Assembly (NCBI GenBank): GCA_963794945.1
Contig: CAWCFT010000004.1
Location: forward strand, 256,001-320,000
Length of the DNA: 64,000 nucleotides
Source of the DNA: Endomicrobiales bacterium
Lineage (GTDB): Bacteria > Elusimicrobiota > Endomicrobiia > Endomicrobiales > CAWCFT01
Direction of reading: 5' to 3'
Shown here: in pieces, positions 22,701 through 37,700 of the stretch
Layout of the letters: every line of letters begins with the position of its first letter
Numbering within the stretch: the stretch's first letter is position 1
Position numbers and translations under genes: made by a program
The notes under the pieces: generated by a model
What the model was told of the DNA's origin: nothing
Database searches by the model: none
Seen by the model: only the letters and a program-made list of their open reading frames with translations

Positions 22701-25700
22701 GGTTCTGCGTATTTACAAGTGACACGAGGAAGCTCTGTGCCGGTAAGCTCACTGAAAAACTTGTCCATGGCTCAAGGGTGTCATCCTGAACGTTGCCGGC
22801 TTTATCGGTCGCACGCGCTTTAACGATATACCATCTTCCCGAATACCACTTATTTGTCATGTCCTGCGAGTCCCAGTTGGTGCCTCCTGTTGCGGTCAGC
22901 CAGTACGGAGATATGTCAGCGCTGGGCAGGACCGTCCATGTTGAACCGTTCCAGACGTAATCGTACAGCGGGACAGGTGAACCGGTCTCATATGATGTGG
23001 ATTCCAGTATTATTACGTACTGGACACCGCTAGCCTGTAAACCGGAATTGTTTACCGCGCAACCATTGTCAGCTGCCGTTCCGCCTATATACTGAATATT
23101 CTGAATATACTGGTTTGCCATCGGCGTGACAACCTGGCCGCTCACAGGCATTATCGCTTCAGTAACGCAAGCCGTAGGCTTTGTGATATCGTAAATGAAT
23201 GTTGAAGAAGATATTATCGCTTGCGGGTTATTAATGTTATCAAAACCCTGGGCCATGACTTGGTAATAATGTCCGTCGTTCAGGTTTGAATTTAGCAGGG
23301 GCTGGAAATACTGCCAGTTGACAGTTACTCCACCCGGCGCCACGGAGCTTATGGTTATCCAATATTGATTAATATTTGTTTGCCAACCAACTGACCCCAG
23401 GCCGTTATCTGTCCAGTACTTGCTGGTCCCGCCGCTCAAGTCCTGTAGCGATATATTCACGCTATTGACGCCAGAGGTTGCATCCCACGATGTTCCTGAG
23501 ATCGTTGAAAGGCTAGTGTAAGCGCCGTTGTTTTGCGGGTTCAGTATCTGAGAGACAGGACCGATATTATCAAAAGTGAAGGTCGCCCCTCTCACTGAAT
23601 ACCAGTTTTCTATATTTCCCGCTGCATCCCAGGCCCTTGAAGTGATGAAATATGATGTGCCGCTCTGAAGTGAATTACTTCCGAGCCCGTTGTAAGTCCA
23701 GTTTGAAAGCCCCGTCGGGGTAAGCGGCGATATGGTGCCCTGGTCGAAAGCTGTCGAACTCCACCATTTGCCTGTTTGGAGGTTCATTATCGCTATCTGC
23801 ATAATAGTCAAACCGCTTGGCCCGGACTGGCCAACAGTTATCGGCAGGTCTAACGACGTACCGGATATGTTCGTCAGTGAAGAGATATACTGGCCGTTTT
23901 GCGGCAGGAAAACATAGCTTTGCGGCGGCGTTGTATCGTAACGGAAAATGGACGTTGAATTTACCGTTGAATAATTGCCCGCGGCATCCTGAACGCGGGA
24001 ATCGACTTCGTATTTATAGCCTGAAGTCCAAACAGTGAACGTCGCCTGCCAGACTGACCAAGTAGAAGATGCGTTCATGGCAGGATAACTGAACCATGCC
24101 GTATTCGCGGTTAATGGGCTGGGGCTGAAATCATCCCAGTTATTTATGCTGCTCTTCCAGTACCGTGAAGCTACGCCGTCCCATACCCTTATTTGAACTT
24201 GTGATAGCGGGTAAGATTCGTTCGCCGTGCCCGAAATAATAGGAAGGCTTACGGCATTGTAGAATTGATTCGGCGGATCTATCAATGATGGAGCCGGCAG
24301 CACGTTGGCTATCGTAGGAACTATCTGGTCGCAGCGCCATATTGACCCGGCGGCGAAGTTCTGTATAAAGCGGCTCTTCAGGGTTGCCGGCCGCATCATA
24401 TGACTTGCACTGTATCTGATACTGCTCGGTGCTGTACCAGGCAGGCAGGCCGGTCGTTTTGGTCCAGAGCTTTAACCCACCGCCCAGGTCTGAAATATTG
24501 TCCACGGGGAGTTCGCTTTGCACTGAAGGGATGCTATCCCACCCGGTCGTGACCCCGTTGTAATACTTGCCTGCCCTTCCGGTACTTCCGTTATCTTGCA
24601 CGCACTTTATGAGCACCTTGACATTTGCTATACCGCTCCTGTTGGCTCCGCCGGTCGGCATATCGTTGGCCGTACCTGAGATAATAGTTATATTCTGATA
24701 GAAACCGCTGTTTACAGGGTACTCAACATAGGACACAGGAGGCGTTATATCGTACAGGAAACTCGCGTTCTGTGTTCTGAGGAGGCCCAGACATCTCAAC
24801 GTTGCCGGCAGTATCTTTGGCCTGCGACCAGAGATAGTATTGATGGGCATCTGCCCAGTTGGGTGTTGAAACGAATGTCCAGTACGCGGTTGCCGAGCGT
24901 GCTCTTGGGCCATGAGACAGGCACAGTATTCTGCCATGAGGTACCGTTCCAGTAAGTGGTACCCTGGGTCACATCCTGTATCAGCACGCCTACGTTCGAT
25001 ATTCCAAAATTATCTACAGCAGTACCCGAAATTGTGGAAAGAGCATTCATTGCCGCGGATATGCCTACTATATTCGATGTCGGGTTTGTGATAGTGTAAA
25101 CAAAGCTTGTTGAGCTGTAGTTTGTTTGATAGTTGCCGATCAATGACGCGTTGTTATAAGCGTTATCATACGCGCACGAGAATATCGTATATGTAGTCTG
25201 GGTCGCAAGCGCGTTCACAAGGCCCGCGTTAGTATAATTCCAGTATGTATTCGCCGGTGTAAGCTGGTAGCTTACAGTTATAAAATTAGGGGTTGATTGG
25301 CTCTGTGTAAATCCGGCGCCGTTCCACCATAGACCTGAAGTGTTGTTCTGTATCGCTATTTGGGTCATTTGTATGCCGGAAGCATTGCCGGAAACCAGAG
25401 GGTCAACTGATGTTCCGGAAATGACGGGGACGGTATTGGTTATCAATCCGTTAGGCGGATAAGCCACCGTGCTTGTCGGGCTAGATTTATCGCAAACAAA
25501 AGTTACCGAGTTCACGCCTACCGTGTACGTATTTTCAACCATGGCCGGATATGATTTATCAGTGGCCTGAGAAAGCATCAGGTATCTATGGCCGTCTGTA
25601 AAGTTAGTGTTGACAAAAGAATACGCCCACGAGGTTGAACCCGTCGCGACCTGCCACATCGACGCTGGAGGAGCGGTGAACGCGCCGGCGCCGTTCCACC

Positions 25701-28700
25701 AGTTATTCGGCCCCGCAACTGAAAGGTCTTCTATGGCCAGCGCTTCCTGAGCGACTCCTGCTCCGGAAGGTTCCGGCGGATTGTCTTCGGCTGTGCCAGT
25801 GATATTGGTAAGGTTGGAATAATACAGGGAGTTAGACGGAACACTTACACGAGAATCCGGGTTTGTGTTGTCATAAATGAACCACGTGTCAAACGCCGGG
25901 ACATCGCTCGCGGCCTCTGAGGAACCCGCAACGTTCCACGCAAGAGATGTAGCGTCGTACCTGTTGCCAGATGTGAACGTCAGCGATGCGACAGCGGTTG
26001 TGTAGGACCATGTTGACTGGTAGAGCGCATCCACCACTACCCATGACGACACATTTGTGTTCTGCCACCCTTGTGAGCCATACCAGCTGCGCAATACTGT
26101 ACCCGAGCCGACATTCTTTTCCTGCAAACGCAAATTAACGTTCTGTACCCCTGAATACGTATCGTATTGGTTGCCTGAAATTCTGGCTATGCTTGAAAGG
26201 TAACTGCCTTGAGCTGGATATGTCACGGTCGAAGTTGGTGTTATATTATCGTAGCTGAACGTTGCTTCGGTATAGGCGGAAGAAGTGAGCGCCACGTTAT
26301 AAGCGAACGCGCGCACGAGATACTGGGTATTGTTTACCCACGTAGGCGAATTCGGGCTGTTGGACTGGCTGTGTGTCCAGAGCGTTGTTCCCTGAGCCGT
26401 GAAGAACTGCGGCGAATTCGAAGTGAACCCTGAATTGCCATCCCACCACAAACCGCCGGGCGGGTTTTGCTCGTATGCGACCTTGACAGAAGCTATACCA
26501 TAAGGATCCGACGCCGTTCCAGATATCGTGGGCAGAGAATTTTCCCAGGCTCTATTCGGAAGCGTAATACCGGCCATAGGAGCGGTATTTTCATAAGTGA
26601 AATACAGCCTGTTGGCGGGTATTATGGTAGCCGGATTCTCCTGGTTGCCCGCACGGTCTGTGGCTATGGCCTGAACCATATACTGATAACCGTTCTGAAG
26701 CGGCGGGCACTGCCACGACCACGTGTATGTCGGCCCTGAGCCACTCACTGTCGCAGTGGAATAGACTGGGCTCGCCCCCTTGTAGTTGAATGTCGAAGAT
26801 GCCGGGTTCCACCAGCACTCTCCATGGTTGGTTTCCAAAATAGCGACAAAAACATTCTGATTGGCCACACCCGCCGGCCAGTCATATGCGGTGCCCGTTA
26901 TAACAGGGATAAAGTTTATAAGGTTCGATCCGCCGTAGTTAGGGTACGTAACCGCGACCGTAGGCGCTTCAACATCAAACATTACGGACGTTGAAGACAA
27001 TATAACCTGAACGTTAGGATTGTTTGCAATTGTAGCGTCAACAGCATTATCTTTTGCGCGGGCGTAAATTGTATACTGCTTTGGCTCGGCCCACGGAACC
27101 GAAGTAGCGTCATAACTCCATGTGGGAGGATTTCCGGCAGCCGTTGTTGCCTGTATCCAATATTGTGTACCCTGGCTCACCCATCCGCCTGCTCCGTTAT
27201 ACCATGTAGTACCCTGGCCTATATCTTGTATCGCTATCTGAACAGACCCTATCCCTGAAAGAGTGTCATTAGCCGTGCCTGATATTAGAGGGACAATGCT
27301 TGCAAATTGAACATTAGGGAGTGTCACTGTTGCAGTCGGGAAATCTATATCGTAAACAAAAGTAACAGTGTTCTTGCCTACACTGTACACCGTCTCAACA
27401 TTCTGCGGAAATGCATTGTCCGTAGACTTGCTCACTATCGTGTATGAATGGCCGTCCTGCATCTTCGATGCATAACCTGAATACTGCCAGTTTGTCGGCG
27501 TTCCCTGCGTAACCAGCCATTTGTTGTTTTCTCCTATCGACGCGCTAAAATCCCACGCCGAACCGGTCCACCCGTAATACTCCCCAAGGGTGTTGTCATA
27601 TATGTAAATACCGGTAATGTTCACTCCTGACGTATCGTCAAAAGCTGTTCCTGAAATATTGGGAAGGTTCCTGTAGTAAACCGAATTAAGCGGCAAAGTT
27701 ATAGTGCTTGTGGGAGCAACGTTATCATATACAAACGTTGTAATAGTGCCTGTTGACGCGTTGCCGGCGCCATCTATTTCCCACGGGGCTATCTGATAAG
27801 TTGCTCCGTTTATAAACGCGTTTGTGATGGTATCAGGGCCTTTTGGATATGTCCAAGTTGTTGTGCCGTTAACAGGCCTGAAATACACTTGGCCGGGCGA
27901 GCCCCATGCAGAACCGGTCCAATAGGAGTTCTGTGACAAAACCCAAATAAGCGATACCATTGTTTGCGTAATACCGCTGGTACCGTCAAATGCCGTACCT
28001 GAAATTGTTCTGCAGCGACGAGTAGTAAGTTATACCAGGCGCCGGAAGAGTCACGACACCTGTGGGATTGCTGATATCGTATGTGAAAGCAGAGCTGGAA
28101 ACCGGCGTTTGGAAGTTAAGTGCGTTGTCCTCGGCCATCGCGCACACCTTGAAAGTTTGGCCGTCAAAATTGTTCCACGGAGGCAGGTTCCAGGTTTGCT
28201 GCCAATTAGCCAGTGTACCCGCGTTAGTCAGCGTGTAAGACGCGGCTGAAAGCGAGAATGACTGAGCGCCCCAGCTCCACCAATTCCCTCCGCCCGCCGG
28301 GTTTTGCTGTATGGCTACTCCGACATTAAGCAAACCGCTCCTGTTGACATTTGCCCCGTCGCTCGCAGTTCCTGAAAGCACGCTTAAGCTGCCTGATTTA
28401 TAGTATGTTCGGCTGGGAAGCTGTATCAATGATGTTGGAGCCGTTCGGTCCCACGTAAACGTTGATATTACCAGCATACTGAAATTGCCGGCGTTATCCA
28501 ATGCAGCCGCTGTAACGGTATACTGTGTGTTGTCTGCCCAAGTCGGCGTATTGTCACCGGTGTTACCGGGGTACAACCATGTGTAGGGATCAGCTGAACC
28601 CTGTAACTGCGTAGCTCTCCAAGTAGTGGTTGACACTCCAAACGATGTGCCGTTCCACCAATTACCGCCAACCTGCTGTATATTTACTACAACATTCTTG

Positions 28701-31700
28701 ACACCGGATTTTGCCCAGGGTAATGACGGGTAATCCTGCACCTGGCCGGATAGCGTAGGCAGAGTATTGTTCGGGCCGTAGTAACCCTGGTTCTGCGGCT
28801 GGACTACAGACACCGTAGGCGGTATAGTATCGAAGAGGATCGTATAGCCGCCCTGCGGGTAAGAATTGTACTGATCGTTCGGCGTTGGATACGCGTTATC
28901 GTACGCCCGCGAACGTATCTTATACCTTCTGCCTGTTTGCCAGGCCGGTACGCTGCTGTATGTCCACGAGCTCTGGTAAACATTGGTCGGATTGAAATAC
29001 TCAGCGGAATTCTGCCATGATGAGCCGTTCCAGTAGGTCGTAGGATATGTCAGGTCCTGGATAGAAACCATCACCTGTCCTACTCCGCTGGCAAGCCTTC
29101 CGGCCGCGGGCGCAATGTCCATCTGTGTGCCGGATATCGTTGCCAGTGAAATGTCATTGGACCCATCGAGCGGGCAAGTCACTACGCTCGTGGGGTTAGA
29201 CACGTCATATATGAACAAGTTCTGGTTCTGGCCTGCGGTATAAATCGATTCCACGTTAGCAGGCTGCGCATTATCCGTAGCTTGCGACTGCACCGTGTAT
29301 GATGTACCATCTACCAAGTAACTAGACCCAATTGAATACTGCCAGTTTGTTGCCGTTCCAAAAGTTGGCAGGGGAGTTTGGGACGCATTCCCAAAACTGC
29401 CTAAACCGTCCCAGTATGCGTTTTTACTCCAGCTGTAAATACTAACCTGAGTTTTGTTAACGCCGCTCGCTGATCCGCCGGTACCAAGGGGATCTATGGA
29501 AGTTCCTGATATGGTCGGAAGCGAACTATAATATCTCCCATTTACTGGCAGCGGAGATATGTAAGATGCCGGAGCTGTGTTATCAAATACAAACCCCATT
29601 ACGTTCCCGGTGGAATCGTTGCCGGCAAAATCCAGCGTCCATGGGGTTATATAATATGTAGTACCACTAACCCAGCTGGGAACATTCGTATAATTCCAGT
29701 TAGCTGTACCGGAAACAACCAGCCAATCAATAGCGCCTGTAATATCCCAACCTGACGAGCCGTTCCAGTAGCTAGTTCCCGACTTGATATTTATGCGCGC
29801 GGTTTGTACACCGGACGTCGCATCGAAAGTTGTTCCGGCAATTGCCGCCATCGTTGAATAATATCCGAATGAAGCAGGCGTGGTAACGGTAGCAGTTGGT
29901 TTCGTGATATCGTAAGAGAACACGAAAGATGAAACAACTACCTGCTGGTTGCCGGCACGGTCCGTGGCTGACGAGTAAATGACGTAGGTATTATCGGTCT
30001 GCCAAGAAGGCAGGTTCCAAGATTGTGTCCAGCCGCTCTGCGAAGAATTTCCGCCATTTACTACGGTCCACGAAGCGTTTGATAGCGAGAATGACTGCGC
30101 GCCCCAGCTCCACCAACTCCCGCCCTGAAGCTGTAAGGACAAGAATGTTTGATTGGGCTTTGAATTTATTGGGTTAGGGTCAGTTGTCGTTCCTGAAATG
30201 GTCGCAATGTTAACGTTGGTGTATCTGGTTGAAGGATATGAAATAACAGATACTGGTGGCGTTGAGTCATACGTAATAGTATATGCCAGAGGAGATGAAT
30301 TGTTACCGGCGTTATCCATAGCCTGGGCCGTAATGGAGTACTGCGTTTGGTCCTGCCACACAGGAATAGCTTGTCCGCCAAGCGAGCCCGGGTATTGCCA
30401 GAAGCCGGCTGAATACTGGGTTGGCACCCATGTAGACTGTACCACCCAACTTGAACCGCTCCAATACTTCGACCCGTTGTATATCTGCAACTGTATGTTA
30501 TTAATGTCGGCACATATAAGCGGCAAAGCCGGCAGGTCTACCGCCGTGCCTGTGATCGCGACCAGCGCTGAAGAGGCAGGGCCGTAGAAACCGTTGTTTT
30601 GCGGCGCGCCTATCTGTACCAGCGGCGGATTTGTGTCATACGTTATTACGTAACCGCCCTGCGGGTACTGCGTGTCCTGGTCATTGCCGCCAGGGACAGC
30701 CTGGTCAATAGCTTTTGAACGGATCAGGTATTGTTTGCCTGTTTGCCACGGGAGCAGGGATGGGTTAGAGAACGTGAAGGTCCACGTGCTTGAGTTGTAC
30801 ACCGTGCTGTTCCAGAATGTCGAGTTGGTCCAAGATCTTGATGTATCGTTCCAGTAGGTCGTGCCGCTCGCTATATCGTTTATCGATATTTTCACTGACC
30901 CTACGCCCGACATAACCGCGTTCGCGAACGGAGCGACATCGTTGGCCGTGCCGGAGATAGTCAGAAGCGCGCTGTAATTTCCGGCATTGACCGGATAGTT
31001 TACCGTTGATGTGGGTGCAGTTACGTCATAAGCGAACGCAATAGAGGTTACACCGACACTGAATGTTTGCCCTGTATTAATGGCATTATCTATACCGCGG
31101 CTTAAGACCATGAAATTGTATCCGCTCTCGGTTTGAGTAAATAGAGTTGGTGGATTGCCATAGGTCCAAGTTGAAATAATCGCACCAGCGTAAGTTACAG
31201 GATTCCCGCCCGTGTAATCAAACCAGTCCGTTCCGGTGCCTGACGCCCAGGAACCGCCTTTCCAGTAATTGCCGGTATTTAGGTTCTGTATCTGCACCTG
31301 AACGTCCTTTACACCCGTGAAATCATCGGTTGCAGTACCTGTTATCTGCGGTAAAGACCTATAAATCACACCTCCTTGCGGAACGTTAAGCCTTGTTGCG
31401 GAGGCTGCGTATCGATCTGGAAAGTTGTTGTTGAAAAATTGGTTTCGACGTTCTGGGCTGTGCTTACCGCTGAAGAGTTCATGGAGTAGGTTTGCCCTGA
31501 AACCCAGTTGGACGCACTGCCGAAATTGTAATACCACCACGTGCCGCCAGCTGTCAGGTTCTGCGTGGTTATCCAGGTAGAAACGTTCAGTTGCCAGCCG
31601 GTTCCGTTCCAATAGAAAGTTGAGCCTGCGTTTTGGTAAGCGATGCGTATGTTGGTATATTGAACGCTGTTAGCAATATCATCGTTTGCCGTTCCGGAGA

Positions 31701-34700
31701 TCGCAATAAGGGCGTTGGTTGAACCGTTATACTGCCCGTTAGCAGCCGGCATAACAACCCCTGACCACGGAGGTATAATGTCGACCGTGCAGCTTCTTGT
31801 TGAATACGGTGTCTCGTAGTTTGGCGTAGGTATTACGTTGTCGTTTGCCACTACCCTAATGCGGTATGTTTGCCCCGACACCCAGCTCGGCGCCTGAATA
31901 TACCAGCTGACAACCGGGCTTGCGGGATAATCTGCTCCATAAACAACCGCGGTACCCATAGTAGCAGATTCGGTTTGTGTAGGCGTGCCGTATGCGTTGT
32001 ATGCTACCCATGTGCTGGTGTTAAAATTCCACCACTGGTCGGAACTCGAAACGGAACTAAGGTCAGACGTCGCGTCAAGAGGAGGTTCATCAAGCCTTAC
32101 CGATATCTTCACTCCGTTTGAAGGAACACCGGCAAAAGCATAGCTTCCACCCGTTGAATAGTCCATGGCTGTACCAGAAATAGTGTTTAGCGGGTTGACA
32201 AGTGAGTAACCTACGCCTTCAGCGGGCCTTGTCACAACGGCTACCGGCGCGATCGTATCTATGCTTATTGTATATGTTAACGAAGAACTGACCACATTTA
32301 TATTGTTGGTCGCGTTCAAATTGATATCATAAGTTTGACCACTTATCCATTGCGGCAGGTCTGTATAATTGAATGACACCACTCCGGTCTTGTTTCCAGT
32401 GGGTATTACTATCGGCCATGTGGAAGGCATGACTCCCCACGAACCGCCGCCAAGCCAGTAGGCGTTGTCCGAGTGTCTCATTATGAGAACTTGGATCTGT
32501 TTTACACCGGCGCACGATAAAGGAGAGAGAGGATAGTCTTGCGCTGTACCGGTAATTGAGGCGATATTTGCATAAAAAGCACCGCTTTGCAGCCCTATGG
32601 GACAAACGGCAGGGGCCGATGAATCAAATGTAAAGAAATTGCTCACAGGCGTTCGAATATTTCCCGGCGCCGGCAGAGCATTATCCGTCGCCCACGCGGT
32701 CACAACATAGCTGTGTCCCTGCATCCACTGGGCATTGGTGACATTTGTAGAATACCAGTCCGCGAAACTGTTCTGCTGTAAGGGCGGTCCATGTGGACGG
32801 GCTGCTTGTGCTCCAACCGCCGCCAGGGTTCTGCCAGTAAAGGTTTTGTTGAGGAACACCGGCGGTTACGTCTTGTACTGTGAACTGCACTGTTTTTACG
32901 CCGGACACCAGCGGCCTTGAAGGCGCTGGCACAACATCAGCAGCCGTGCCCGATATTGTTGCCAGCGAAGAATAGAAACCTCCCGACGAGTTAGGTATGG
33001 TTATCTGGGCGTTCGGCGGCGTGTTGTCGTACACAAATGTTGAACCGCCGACGTTATACCAGTTGTCGGTATTGCCGGCTATATCGCTTGCCTGGTTTGT
33101 AATATAATAAGAAGCGCCTGACTGCAGCAAACCTCCGAGTGTTGAGTTATAGTAGCCCCATGGACCGTCGCCAGAACCTACAGAGAAATTGGTCGGAGGC
33201 GTGCCGAGGTTAAAACCACCGCCGTCAAACCACAACCCTGTTGTATTTGACCGCACCGCTATCTTGATGAAACCCGTGCCTGAATAGTTCCCGGGGAACG
33301 GCATGTCCTGCGCGGTGCCTGATATCGTGCCAAGCGCGGACCAATATTGTCCCGCTGCCGGTTTTGTTACAACAACGGTCGGAGGCAGGGTGTCGCAAAG
33401 GAATGTTTTTGTTGAATACACCGCGCACCAGTTGCCGGCCTGGTCGAGCACCCTCGCGTCAATATCGTAATACCTTCCGGGCACCCACTGCGTGAAAGTT
33501 GAGTACCAGACGGTCCATGTGGAAGTGTTCGTGGCAAGATACCACGCGGTTTCAGGAGCGTTCGCAGCGATCTCGAACTTGTCATCAACCCTTGAATACC
33601 ATTCGGTCAATGATTCGTCATAAACGCGCATCTGAACGTAATTGATGCTTCCCGGGTTTGAGCCTACAACATCGCTTGCCGTACCGGAAATTATCGGCAG
33701 CGTGCTCTCGGCTGTTTGGTTTGGCATCGTAATGGCAATCGTAGGCAGTGTTTGGTCAAAAGTAAAGACCGTGCTGTTTATAACGGATTGGTTGTTAGAC
33801 ATATCCGTTGCCATAACAAGCATTGTATACGTCTTTCCATTTGCCCAGGTAGGCGTCGAACTGTTTGGCACGGTCCACGTCACTGTGGAATCTTCAGCTA
33901 CGTAGTTTGATGCTGTTATCCAGTAAGTAGTACCCTGATTGAACCCCTGGCCAGGCTCGAACCACTGCTGGCTGTCAAACTGTTGGAAAGCAACTGAGAC
34001 CTGCTGTAGGCCAGATTTATTCCCATATAGAGAAGGCGCATCGTAAGCCGTTCCGGATACATAGGGCAGGTTTGAGACCCAGTTACCTGCTGGCGAGACT
34101 ATACCCGTAAGCGGGCTGGTTGAATCCCACCTGAACGTTGAGGTTGTCCAGGCAGAGAGGTTCCCCGCAAAATCCACTGCACAGGAGTTCAGGTTGTAAA
34201 TCCTTCCATCATCCCAAGCAAGGCCGTTGTATGTCCAGGATGATGTACCTGAAACTACTGACCAGGTTGAACTGTTCGCGACCCATGCGTTGTTATTCCA
34301 ATAATAGTTGTCGCCGCTGCGTTGGATCCTTAAGAAAACCTGGCTCAGGCCTGAATTAAGGGACGGGCTTATAGGATAATCCGCGGCTGTGCCCGAGATA
34401 GTATTTAGGGCGCTTTGAGGACCGTAATATATCCCTGAAGGAACAGTTATGACTGTCACCGGTGCGGACTGATCATAGAGGAAAGTGATGGTGCTCAAAA
34501 CGACATCATAATTTAGGGCTCTGTCCAAAGCGCGCGATATAATTTGATACTTGTTTCCGTTAATGAGAAGGCCGGCCGGCACTGTGTAAGACCACGTTTG
34601 GGGCCCGGTTCCCTGGGGGACAATAGTCGGGCACCATGTTGATATGCTGACCCAGTTAGAGATCTCGTTGTTCCAGTAGTTCCCGTCGCTGTAGGTTCCG

Positions 34701-37700
34701 GCAATCCTCTGTATTGAAACCGAGACCGACTGGATGCCGGCGAGGTCTCCTATGGCCGTGCCGGTTATAGCCGAGAGCGCTGGGATCATTGAATTGTTCT
34801 GGGGCGCGCTTATATAAGAATTCGGCGGAGTTGTGTCTATGACAAAAGTAAATATATTTCCGCTATTGAAATCTCCGAGGTTTGCCACCGGCAGCGCGGC
34901 GTCATAACCACGGGCTTTTATCGTATACTGCTTGTCGCTGGCCCAGTTGTTGAACGGCTCGCTCCAAATACGGTTTAAACTACCGGTACCAAGTTCTTCG
35001 GCATTGAACGATGAAACATTTACTGACCAGGCGGCACCTGTCCAGTAATAAGTCACGCCGGTATCAAGTTTTGATAACTGCAGGTTTACGGTTGTACCGC
35101 CCGCAAGGTTGTCCGTTATGTTGCCCGTGAAATTGAACGATCCCGAAGGGCTGAAATTCAAATTATTGGTAGGGAATGTAACCGTAACTGCCGGCGGCTG
35201 CAGGTCAGTCCTGAAATAATAGGAAGATATTCCTACCGCAAAGCTTGTCTGCTGGTTGCCTGCCATGTCGAGCGCGCTGACAGTCACATAATAAGTGGCA
35301 TTATTTTCCAGTTGCAGCGTGCCTGGCGTTGTCCATGTCCATGAAGACGCTGTAAATGATGTGACATTGTTCCAGACCGGCGACAATTTCCAGCCCTGGT
35401 CAGAGACAAGGTCCTTCCAATAGCGCCAGTCGTTGCCGTCACACCGCTGGATCAGTATCTGCACGTTCTGGAGCTGGCCAGGCGGTGTATCACTGCATCC
35501 TCCGGATATGGAGCTCACGGAACTCATGATTGAGTTCTGCGCGGGGTAGGTCAATGTCGCCGTCGGGCACGAAATATCGTATATAAATCCCTGGCCCGGC
35601 AACAGCGTTGAGTTGGGCGTCGGTATCACGTTATCGTACGCGCGCACCTGTAAAGTGTAGCTTGTTCCGTCCCTCCACGGGTTAGTTGATATAGCTAACT
35701 GCCATATTCCTCCGGAGAAACTGGTGGTTGAGTTCCAAACCTGCGTAATGGTCCATGAAGAACCAGCAACACTCCAATAATAATTGTCGGCGCGTTGAAT
35801 ACTAACTGATATATTATTCGGCCCTGATGGAATATCCTGACATGTACCTGTTATTACAGGGAGGCTATTAGTATATACAGTTGCCGGCACGCCAACCCCG
35901 AGCACTGGGGGCTGGTTGTCTATCCAGAAAGTTACCAGCGAGTTCGGCGCCGACGGAGTAGTGTCCGTGCCCCACGGAGGAGGGTTCCACTCCAAAATGC
36001 TTTCATTGCTTTCCGCGCACACGCTTACCGTATAGCTTGAATCATGGACAAACTGCGTAGTGGTAAGGTCGTAAGTCCAGTCAGGAAGGGTTATCGAAGC
36101 AACCATCCAAGTTGATTGCGCCACCCAGTAGTTGGTAGTATTCGTGGAGAACTGTGTGTAATACAACCCGTTCGACTGCCTCTGTATCCTGACGTATTCG
36201 ATCATTGTTTGGGCTATACCTGAGCCCGCCTGTGAGGCTGTTCCACCTAAAGATGTTATCTGCTTGTAGAAGCTTCCGTTGGTAACGGTAGTGATCGCGG
36301 ACTGAGGCCGCGGAGGAACCAGCATGAAGCTCCCAACCGGCATAACAGCGCAAATGTTGCCCGCCATATCGATAGCACGGGCTTTTATTTCGTAAGAAGC
36401 ACTTAGATACGGTTTCCAGGTGACAGCAGGGCTGGTTGTAGAGAAAGTCCAAACACCCGTCGCCTGATTGAATGTTGTATTGATCCAAGTGGCGCCGCCC
36501 CAACTACCCGGGCTCCCGGGGTTCCAGAAATTGGAATCGTCAACATTCTTTATCTGTATCTGGACAGAACTTATCTGGCCAAGGCCGTAATCGGACGCTG
36601 TGCCTGAGATCATCGGCATCAGGTTCACCTGAGGATATGAAGGCAGTACACCGTTAGGCACTACTACACCGCAGACCGGCGGCGTAGTATCGAAAACGAA
36701 ATAGTTGGTGGTGCCCCATGCAACGTTACCGACATTGTCAGTTGCTTTTATCCCGACAGTGTAAGATGTATTGTTTATCCAGTAGTTATTGTTTATGTTA
36801 TTATAAGTCCAGCTGTAAGACGAAAAAGCAATGCTTGTAAGAGTGGCCGTACTCCAGATTATACCGGGCTGGTTAAAACCGGTTGAACCATCCCAATAAA
36901 GATTGTCGCTAAGCCTTTGTATGCTCAATTCAACTTTCTTGACATCAGAAGGCACGCCTCCGGCAACTGTGGTAGGATCATTGGCAGTTCCTGAAATAAA
37001 TGGAAGCGCGCCCTGCCATGAAATATTGCCGGGTATTATAGTTTGAGCAATGGGGGCAGTATAATCGAAAATATACGTATGCGTGGTAAAGCTTGCTTCG
37101 TAGTTCGGCCCCGGCACCTGCACAAGGTCCTGCGCTCTGGAATTTATGTAATAAGCGAACCCTTCCGTCCACGGCAAAGCAGAAACATTTTGTGTCCACT
37201 GTCCCGATCCATAAGTCGTCGGCTGCCATGAACCCGCGTTACCCGTCCATCCGCCGCCCCAGTCATACCAATTACCGTCAGAACGCTGTATGCGAAGTTC
37301 AACATATCCTACGCCAACGCCAGTGCCGTCAGTAGCGGTACCTGTAACAGTAGCAAGCGCCGTGCTCCTTGCGTCCTGGGCAACCGGCTGTATCATGACC
37401 GAATTCGGCGGCGTTCAGTCGATCCTGAACCATGACGTAGTGGGGCTAGAAATATTCCCAGCGTTGTCTTCACCTACCGCGTAAACGTCATAAGTCCCGC
37501 CGCTTATCCACTTATTATTGTCGCCTATTGCCGTATAAACCCACGGGCTTGTTCCTGAAACCGTGGTCCACACCTCAGTGAGGCTGTCGAAAGCCTTATC
37601 GCTCCCGCTCCAGTAGAAGCCTCCTACTTGCTGTACGGCTATCTGGACCTGCTGCACTCCCGCCAGCCCCTGGTCAACGCTTGTTCCGGAAATTGTCGGA

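Noticed and set aside
37415..37417. Genome-wide TGA recoding (code 4 or 25) as the cause of fragmentation
   Set aside because: Most breaks change frame, Trp is encoded by TGG throughout, and motB appears to end at TGA.
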